Shown here: positions 35,353-42,529 of the stretch, piece after piece
Layout: each line of letters begins with the position of its first letter
Position numbering within the stretch: the first letter of the stretch is position 1
Assembly (NCBI GenBank): GCA_048940605.1
Contig: JBHLOJ010000005.1
Location: 8,254-72,253 of the forward strand
Length of the DNA stretch: 64,000 bases
Reading direction: 5' to 3'
Origin: Promethearchaeota archaeon
Lineage (GTDB): Archaea > Asgardarchaeota > Lokiarchaeia > Sigyniarchaeales > SOKP01
The notes under the pieces: model-generated
Databases searched by the model: none
What the model saw: only the letters and a program-made list of their open reading frames with translations
Told to the model about the DNA's origin: nothing
Translations under genes and position numbers: made by a program

Positions 35353-36318
35353 TTAAAATTTTATTACATCAATAGACTCTTCCTTTCCGTTATTTATTCT
35401 CAGAAGATTTGGATCTTTAATAATGTTACCTATAATATTAGTATTTAACCCATATTCTTGAAATGTCTCTGCTATTTCTTTACAGTTTGCTTTAGGAGCA
35501 GTTAATATAAATGAAGTTGTTAAATACATTTTAATGTAGGTTTCTAAATCGTAACCATCATCTAATAATTTTCGAGGAATTTTAATTTTAGAAATATTCA
35601 CGTCAGCACCGACTTTCGAATAATTAATCATTTGACACAAAGTACCAAAAATTCCTCCATTGGATACATCTTTGGACGCATTAACTATATGTTTTTGCGC
35701 AATTACGTTCATAGATTTTCTCTTTCTCAATATTTCTTCGGAATTTTTAAATGTAGTGGTATCATAATATAATTTACTTGCCTTACCTGGTTTTCCATCA
35801 AAATCAACAGCTAATATAATATTATCTCCTACTTGTGCATTACCCGCAGATATATAATCTTCCTTTTTAATTTCACCTATCATTGTAGAACTTAGCTCAT
35901 AATATTTTCCATTTACATTAGTATGCCCTCTAATAATCGGAACTTTAAATTTCTGGGAACCTTCACATATTCCTTCAAGCAAATCATTACAGATATCTGG
36001 TTCTTTTACAGAAATAATTATACTTGCAGCTAATGGAATCCCGCCACATGCGTAGATGTCATCTACACTAACTAAGATTGAACTAAAACCTGCTCCGAAA
36101 GGAAAATTTTCTATGAAGGTGGTTTTTATTCTGTCAGTAGTAACCAGTATATATTTATCATCATTTTTGATAGTAGCAGCATCTTCCCCTATATCTGAAT
36201 AAATTCTTGCACTTTTAAACGATTTTTTATCAATAAATTGAACAATTGGACTTATTTGTTTCTTTTCTTGAATGTATTGATTGTTCTTAATACTATTAGC
36301 TATCTTTTTAAGTGTCAT
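35353..36318 (-). CDS. AIR synthase-related (PurM/ThiL/HypE superfamily) protein
   Basis: IGEDAATI...ILVTTDRI N-domain pattern and the DVSNGGIFGTL C-domain pattern. Confidence 0.6.
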   Translation of the reverse strand: MTLKKIANSIKNNQYIQEKKQISPIVQFIDKKSFKSARIYSDIGEDAATIKNDDKYILVTTDRIKTTFIENFPFGAGFSSILVSVDDIYACGGIPLAASIIISVKEPDICNDLLEGICEGSQKFKVPIIRGHTNVNGKYYELSSTMIGEIKKEDYISAGNAQVGDNIILAVDFDGKPGKASKLYYDTTTFKNSEEILRKRKSMNVIAQKHIVNASKDVSNGGIFGTLCQMINYSKVGADVNISKIKIPRKLLDDGYDLETYIKMYLTTSFILTAPKANCKEIAETFQEYGLNTNIIGNIIKDPNLLRINNGKEESIDVIKF

Positions 36319-36454
36319 CTATGAATTTAATATATAGATATTAATAATTATTTTTGCTTATTCTATAGTTAATGAATGATAAAGTTATTAATAGTTAATC
36401 TTGCTTAATTACTTTAAGAAATTTAAAATTTAACACAAAAAAAAATTTTAAACA

Positions 36455-37960
36455 ATGGAGGAATTATTTGAAACCTCAATTATAAAGGGGTTAATTTTCA
36501 GTTCATATGGAGACTTAGGTCCGCAACCAATTTATGTATGGCCTAAATATTATACTGAAAAAGAATTAGAAAAGATTAAAGAGGAAAGGCAAAGACAAAA
36601 CCTTCTTACATTAACAACCAGAGATGTAACCCAAATCTCTATAAAAAACCTTAGTTTATTTATTAGCGATAAGGTATTTACACCAGATATTGATACTCAA
36701 AATTTAACGTATTTCGCCATATTACCTTATCCAGATTTCAGTGTAACCTCTTTAACATATTTTCATTATATTAATATTAATTCTTCTAACTCTCAGATCC
36801 CTACTGCTTTTTCAATATTAGTTGAAGAAAATAGTAGAAGTTTTTTATATAATAATATAAACAGAATTAAACCTATTGTGATTGAATTTTTCAGATCATT
36901 TGATAATAATTTGATAGATAATTATCCACCTCAAGAGAAAATAGAGCCTGCTTTTTATGAATTATTCAAAAAGATAGTTGAAATTGAGAGAAGTCCATCA
37001 ACACCTATTACAACCCATAGAAAAATGAAGATTCTATTTGCTGGATTAGATGACAGTGGAAAAACTAGTTTTTTACTTTCTGTAGATCGCAAATATAGTA
37101 AGTTAATAGGTTTAAAACCAACAACAGGGGCAAGTATCAAATCAATTGAGGCTTTGGGAGCAACAATATTTTTATGGGATCTGGGAGGTCAACTTACTTT
37201 TAGAAAGAAATATATTACTAAAGCAGAAATTTATTTATATGAAGCAGATTTGTTGTTTTATTTTATTGATATCAGAAACAAAATTAGGTTTGAAGAAAGC
37301 ATTGAATATCTTTTAGATTTGAAAAAAGTATTGAAGCAGTTTAATCAAAATACTCCAATCATTTACATTTTATCAAAGGGAGATTCGGATATAATTAAAA
37401 CTGGAGAAATTATAGAAAATATCGAAATTGTGAAAAATAGATTAAATGAAATTTCACCAGAAGAATCCCCTGAGATATATGTGACTAGTATCTTTCAAAT
37501 ATTTACCATATTGAGAGCATTCTCATCTGGAATCTCAAAATTGAGCCCTAATAGAAATTTAATCAATCATAATCTTAGAAACTTCTCGATAAAAACAAGT
37601 TCATATCTTACACTGTTGTTAAGTGTAGATGGTTTAGTTTTGGCAGATTTTTATTCCCCTAAAGCGAGTAAATTAACAAAGATAACTGAATCAGAAGAAA
37701 TAATTAACGTGTTTGAGGTAACAGCACCGCAATTCGCCATGTTATTTAAAATATTCTCTAGATTTAAAGCGTTGCAACAAGAAGAAGCGGTATTTAAAGT
37801 TGCAGACTCAGTGATACTTTTCAAAAAGATTAAAGTAGCAGAGAACGACATGTTCATCTTATTTCTGATTGATAGTGAAAAAAGAAAAGAAAAAATAAAT
37901 ACTAAATTAACCACTTTCCTCGATCAAACAAATGATCTACTCTTAAGATATATATCTTAA
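36455..37960 (+). CDS. three-domain GTPase, paralog of 24985..26451 (N-terminal longin-like domain + Rag-like G domain + roadblock domain)
   Basis: G1 GLDDSGKTS, G3 WDLGGQ, degenerate G4 SKGD. VTSIFQIFTILRAFSSGISKLSPNRNLINHNLRNFS junction. The N-terminal domain aligns with ORFs at 24985, 50014 and 51220. Confidence 0.7.
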   Translation: MEELFETSIIKGLIFSSYGDLGPQPIYVWPKYYTEKELEKIKEERQRQNLLTLTTRDVTQISIKNLSLFISDKVFTPDIDTQNLTYFAILPYPDFSVTSLTYFHYININSSNSQIPTAFSILVEENSRSFLYNNINRIKPIVIEFFRSFDNNLIDNYPPQEKIEPAFYELFKKIVEIERSPSTPITTHRKMKILFAGLDDSGKTSFLLSVDRKYSKLIGLKPTTGASIKSIEALGATIFLWDLGGQLTFRKKYITKAEIYLYEADLLFYFIDIRNKIRFEESIEYLLDLKKVLKQFNQNTPIIYILSKGDSDIIKTGEIIENIEIVKNRLNEISPEESPEIYVTSIFQIFTILRAFSSGISKLSPNRNLINHNLRNFSIKTSSYLTLLLSVDGLVLADFYSPKASKLTKITESEEIINVFEVTAPQFAMLFKIFSRFKALQQEEAVFKVADSVILFKKIKVAENDMFILFLIDSEKRKEKINTKLTTFLDQTNDLLLRYIS

Positions 37961-37978
37961 ATAACACGTTATATGTGG

Positions 37979-38881
37979 TTAAAAAAGAACATTTAAAGGA
38001 CTTTTTTCAGATATTTTTTTCCTTAGGATTCTTTTTCTAAAGTAGGAATTTACCGCAGAGATCAAAGCAACTGCAGGTACGATACATTTTGCAAACTTTA
38101 CGGGTCCAAATAATATAAAATCACTTGGTGCATTAGCACAATAAGTCATAATAGAAGCGATTGCCCCACATCTTGGAATATCACCATACTTCTTTACAAA
38201 ATCCCATCCATAAATAGCATTCGCGGGAGCAAATCCAGTAGGCAAACCTAATTCACTTTTAACCATATGAGTGGTTTCAAAATTTATTGAGATTGAAGGT
38301 AAATCTAAAACTGCTGTATCGATTATTACATTTTCGATATTTGCTTTTTCAGCTTTAGGAATTAATGTTTCTTTTAACATCTTTAGTTTTTGATGAGGGA
38401 AAATATATTTACTTCCAAAAGTTAGTAATACTGCGTTTCTAACACCAATTTCTCTAATTTTCTCGAGATTTTCTTCACTGGTTGCCTCATCTATGCTATT
38501 TAAAATAGCTCTATTGATTAATCCTATTTCTTTTAGTCCTTCCATAGCAGGAATTCGAGATGAATCGTTTAATCCGTCCACCAAAAAAGGATAATCTATA
38601 ATATCTGCCACAAATTCACATTCTTTCAATAAGGCATCTGAATATGCCCCAACAACATCGATAATCCCTTGCATTTTAGTATCTTCTATAATTTCAGTAT
38701 ACTCATTTAATTCTTTTTCAACAAGAGGTTTATCTATTTCACCAGTTTTTTCATTTAATAAAGCAGCATGTTTGGTATAAAAAACGGTACCAATCATTAC
38801 AATTGGATTTTCTCCTGGTTGACCACCTACTCTAACCTCACCAATTTGGGCTATTTTTTGCTCAGATTCAAAATTTAACAT
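37979..38881 (-). CDS. mtrH: MtrH-family methyltransferase (tetrahydromethanopterin S-methyltransferase subunit H homolog)
   Basis: The N-terminus FESEQKIAQIGEVRVGGQPGENP mirrors MtrH FDKEQEVFEIGGVKFGGQPGENP. AILNSI, LGLPTG and FILFGPV...PAVA are also conserved. Confidence 0.75.
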   Translation of the reverse strand: MLNFESEQKIAQIGEVRVGGQPGENPIVMIGTVFYTKHAALLNEKTGEIDKPLVEKELNEYTEIIEDTKMQGIIDVVGAYSDALLKECEFVADIIDYPFLVDGLNDSSRIPAMEGLKEIGLINRAILNSIDEATSEENLEKIREIGVRNAVLLTFGSKYIFPHQKLKMLKETLIPKAEKANIENVIIDTAVLDLPSISINFETTHMVKSELGLPTGFAPANAIYGWDFVKKYGDIPRCGAIASIMTYCANAPSDFILFGPVKFAKCIVPAVALISAVNSYFRKRILRKKISEKSPLNVLF

Positions 38882-38959
38882 AATTCAATACAGGATTTCT
38901 TACTTATTTATTTGATTAATAATAAGCTAGTAAATTTTAATTACTCTACTAATGTTAGT

Positions 38960-39853
38960 TCAAGCTTTCTTTTTTGCAAATGGCTTGTCCTGCATGAGTA
39001 ATTCAATAAATTTAGAAATTTCATTATCAGGAATTAGTAGGAAATCTCCTTCTATTGTGTATCCATATTCCTTAGACCATTCGATAATTTCTTTCATATA
39101 CGTTTTCTTATCCATTCTCAGTATCTTTCTCATTAAACTTAACTCAACTTTATTTGTGCTTTTTACACTTTCCTGGACTTTTTTTTTTCTAGCTTGCTTA
39201 ACTGGTTCACTTACAAGTGTTCCCACATATATTATTGATATGATAAATTCTGGGATCCATTTATGCATTAAAAGGACAATTATTGCTGCAATGAACGAGC
39301 TAGCTGCACTTATTGAGAAATGGATATCTTCCCATGCATACCCTATATTATACAACTCGATTTGGATCAACATTCTAATTATGTTAACAACATAAAAAAT
39401 TACAGATGAAATAACGAGAGATTTAGTTTTCCTCCATATAATATCTCTTTTTGTGTTTGGATCTTGACTATGTGGTGTGAAAATGATCACACCTGCAAAT
39501 ACACATATAGCTTGAATCCCAGTACAAAATGTTTCAAATGAAATACTATCCTTTCCAGGGATAACAAAATCCCAATAATATTTTCCTACAGGATTATATT
39601 CCGCTTTTGCACCCATATCAAAAAATAAATTTAGAAAATAGACAGTTTGTTTAACTACAATCTCATGAAGCCAGTAATTCATCTTCGTATCAAAAAATAA
39701 ATAAATTAACCATGCTGAAAGGGGTGCTCCGATAGCAAATAAAACTAAAGATCTAATAGAAAAAATGTACTTTCTTTCATCATATTCTATTATTGGTTTC
39801 TTAATTTTCTTTAATTCTTTAATCTTTAACATTGATCTTTTCCCTTTTATCAT
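38960..39853 (-). CDS. archaeosortase/exosortase-like membrane protein with an extra C-terminal soluble domain
   Basis: Multi-TM protein. FETFCTGIQAICVF resembles the exosortase CSG active-site motif. A downstream NIIRM (Asn/Arg) and EDIHF (His) lie in successive helices. A cytosolic tail of about 75 aa follows. Confidence 0.45.
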   Translation of the reverse strand: MIKGKRSMLKIKELKKIKKPIIEYDERKYIFSIRSLVLFAIGAPLSAWLIYLFFDTKMNYWLHEIVVKQTVYFLNLFFDMGAKAEYNPVGKYYWDFVIPGKDSISFETFCTGIQAICVFAGVIIFTPHSQDPNTKRDIIWRKTKSLVISSVIFYVVNIIRMLIQIELYNIGYAWEDIHFSISAASSFIAAIIVLLMHKWIPEFIISIIYVGTLVSEPVKQARKKKVQESVKSTNKVELSLMRKILRMDKKTYMKEIIEWSKEYGYTIEGDFLLIPDNEISKFIELLMQDKPFAKKKA

Positions 39854-40052
39854 TAAGCTGGTTAATTATATAATGAAATCTATCTATTATAATATAATTT
39901 AAGATAATTAGCAAAGGAATCATTACTAATCCGAACATATAGCTATTTTTGGTTTCCAATATTGGAATAGTGAAACCAATAATAAAAGCAAACAGTAAAT
40001 TTAAAGTTAGAAGGGCCCAAAAATACAATTTCTTTAGAGTTATTTGTTCCAT
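39819..40052 (-). CDS. small two-helix membrane protein
   Basis: 77 aa, hydrophobic. Its 3' end overlaps the start of the archaeosortase-like gene by 35 nt on the same strand. Confidence 0.4.
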   Translation of the reverse strand: MEQITLKKLYFWALLTLNLLFAFIIGFTIPILETKNSYMFGLVMIPLLIILNYIIIDRFHYIINQLNDKREKINVKD

Positions 40053-40366
40053 GATCTAGATAATAACTGTGTTAATAATAAAAAATCAAATTAATCATTG
40101 ATAAAAAACCTTTATTAGAATGAGAAAATATCGTTCTTATTTATTTTTATGTCTTATATTTTTATCTCAAATTGCTCGAAAGAGTTAAAATTTACTTATT
40201 CTAAATTTTTTATTCATAATATTTTTGTAGATATTTCGATTTTCTCATAATGGATTCCAAAATCCTATTGTAAGCAAATTTTGGTCAAAATAGTATAATT
40301 AAATAGAATGGTATCTTAATAAGTCTATAAAATTTTAACGTTGTTACTAATCTTCGGAGTCCATTA

Positions 40367-40966
40367 ATGGTACTTGAAATTAAATCTAGGGAAGATAAAA
40401 GTAGTTTAACTTATATCATTCAAAACATCGTTGTTAAATCAATTTTAAAAATTAAAAAAGATTTAGATTTAATGTTATTATCAAAAGAATTAAAAAACTC
40501 ACAATATGATAAAAATCGCTTTCCTGGACTATTTGTAAAGTTTAGTCATCCTAAAAGTGCCATTATAATTTTTAGTAATGGTAAGATTATATTAACAGGA
40601 TTAAAAGCATTCTCCCACATTAATATAATAATTAAAAGGCTAATTTTAAGATTAAATGATATCATATCCATTAATTTAAAAGATGTCCTAGTTGAGACAC
40701 AAATCGTAAATATAGTGGTAACTGCTGATTTTTCTAAACCAATTAATTTAGATGCTGCTTCAATCAAATTAGAAAATTCTATTTATGAGCCAGAGGTATT
40801 TCCTGGATTAACTTATAACTCGTTTTCTCCCGTAAAATGTGTATTTTTATTATTCAGTACAGGGAAAGTTGTTCTTACAGGGATTAGAGAGAAAAAATTA
40901 ATTGAGCCTGTTTTAGTTAATCTTGGAGGATTATTGAAAAAAGAGAACTTGTTTAGGAGTGTTTAA
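40367..40966 (+). CDS. tbp: TATA-box binding protein, divergent paralog
   Basis: Two TBP repeats: IQNIVVKS...RFPGLFVKFSHPKSAIIIFSNGKIILTG and IVNIVVTADF...VFPGLTYNSFSPVKCVFLLFSTGKVVLTG. Confidence 0.75.
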   Translation: MVLEIKSREDKSSLTYIIQNIVVKSILKIKKDLDLMLLSKELKNSQYDKNRFPGLFVKFSHPKSAIIIFSNGKIILTGLKAFSHINIIIKRLILRLNDIISINLKDVLVETQIVNIVVTADFSKPINLDAASIKLENSIYEPEVFPGLTYNSFSPVKCVFLLFSTGKVVLTGIREKKLIEPVLVNLGGLLKKENLFRSV

Positions 40967-41072
40967 AATTCTATTTAAATTAAGTTTATAAGAATAAAAA
41001 AAAAAATTTTTTTTCAAAGAAATATTGTAATGTATGACAAATCAAGATAAATAACTTTAAGGTAAAAGGAAA

Positions 41073-41816
41073 ATGTCAGAAAATAACCCTGAAAACCAAA
41101 ATTCAGAAAAAAAAGAAGATTCTGAAATAAAAGAGGCAGAAAAAGAAGAAATTCTTGAAGCGGAAAAAGAGGCTAAAACTAAATTTACATTTAAATGTAC
41201 TCGCTGCGATGAATGTTGTATTAGTCGAGGTCCCATTCCAATAACTTTTTGGGATTTAGAAATATGGGCAAAAAATGGTGTTGTCGCAAACTTTATGCCA
41301 TATTTAGATATTTACCAAAAACCAGATGGTACTATTGATTTAATATTAAAACCTTTACCACCTGTTGAAGAAAAAGCAGAAACCCCTCCAAGGGATCCAT
41401 TTGATTCTGTACCAATTGAAGAGTTACTTGAAGTTAAATGTCCTTTATATAATAAGGATGATAAGAAATGTCTTATTTATGATAACCGCCCATTAAGTTG
41501 TAGAACGTATCCGTTAGAATTTGATGGAAAGAATTTCATAGTGGTTGATGCTGATTGCCCAGGTATAGGTGAAGAAGGTATGACAAAAGAGGATCTTGCG
41601 GAGATGAGGGAAACTGCTAAAACAATGCATTATGAATTAACTCGTATGAGGATTGCTCTACCAGTCCTAAATCAAATCATATCGAGTAATTTCATGAAGA
41701 TGCTAATGAAGCAACAGATGGAAGCAATGAGTAAAATGTCTGATGATGACAAAGCCAAATTAGATGAAATATTCAAGAAACAAGCGCAATCTAATGATCA
41801 TGAGTATGAAGATTAA
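41073..41816 (+). CDS. YkgJ/UPF0153-family Cys-cluster protein with an acidic N-terminal extension
   Basis: CTRCDECC, then C.LY......C.IYD.RP..CR.YP. Paralog of 18300..18920. Confidence 0.6.
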   Translation: MSENNPENQNSEKKEDSEIKEAEKEEILEAEKEAKTKFTFKCTRCDECCISRGPIPITFWDLEIWAKNGVVANFMPYLDIYQKPDGTIDLILKPLPPVEEKAETPPRDPFDSVPIEELLEVKCPLYNKDDKKCLIYDNRPLSCRTYPLEFDGKNFIVVDADCPGIGEEGMTKEDLAEMRETAKTMHYELTRMRIALPVLNQIISSNFMKMLMKQQMEAMSKMSDDDKAKLDEIFKKQAQSNDHEYED

Positions 41817-41886
41817 CTCTTTTTATTTCTTCTATATAATTTTTAAAAAACCTTTCTACTTATATTATATCTGAGAATAATAATTA

Positions 41887-42417
41887 ATGTGTATTTCTAT
41901 GAATGAAATTATAGTAAAAAATTCTAAAATCAGACTTGTCCATGGAGATATAACAGATTTGGAAACAGATGTAATTGTCAATGCAGCAAATGCTCAACTC
42001 ATTTTAGGCGGAGGTGTAGCAGGAGCAATTAGAAAGAAAGGTGGTCCTACTATTCAAGAAGAATGTAATAAAATTGGTGGTACTTTTGTGGGTGGAGCTG
42101 TTATTACAACCGGAGGAAATTTGAAAGCAAAATACGTTATTCACGCAGTAGGACCTAGAATGGGAGAAGGAAATGAAGATGAAAAGCTAAAAAATGCAAC
42201 CATAAACAGTTTAAAATTAATAGATGAGCACAAATTAAAATCTATTGCTTTTCCTGCAATATCTACTGGAATTTTTGGATATCCCATCGAACGATGTTCA
42301 AAAATTATGATAGATACAACAAAAGAATATTTAGGTGGTAATACTCAAATTGATGAAGTTGTTTTTTGCCTTTTTACTAAATCTGATTTTGACATCTTCT
42401 TCAAAGAGTTAAAATGA
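41887..42417 (+). CDS. macro-domain protein (ADP-ribose binding/hydrolase, Af1521-like)
   Basis: GDITDLETDVIVNAANAQLILGGGVAGAI, VIHAVGP, AFPAISTGIFGYP. Confidence 0.8.
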   Translation: MCISMNEIIVKNSKIRLVHGDITDLETDVIVNAANAQLILGGGVAGAIRKKGGPTIQEECNKIGGTFVGGAVITTGGNLKAKYVIHAVGPRMGEGNEDEKLKNATINSLKLIDEHKLKSIAFPAISTGIFGYPIERCSKIMIDTTKEYLGGNTQIDEVVFCLFTKSDFDIFFKELK

Positions 42418-42529
42418 TTTATTTTTGATGTTACTTTTTTTATTAACGTTTATTTTATAATTAGAATAATAATAATTTTTATTTAGAGAATACCTCATTA
42501 TTACTATAGTTTAAGAGTTTCTCTTAAAA

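Noticed and set aside
38952-39395. 147-aa plus-strand ORF opposite the archaeosortase-like gene.
   Set aside because: It is fully nested antisense to a longer ORF that has a coherent TM topology and active-site-like motifs.
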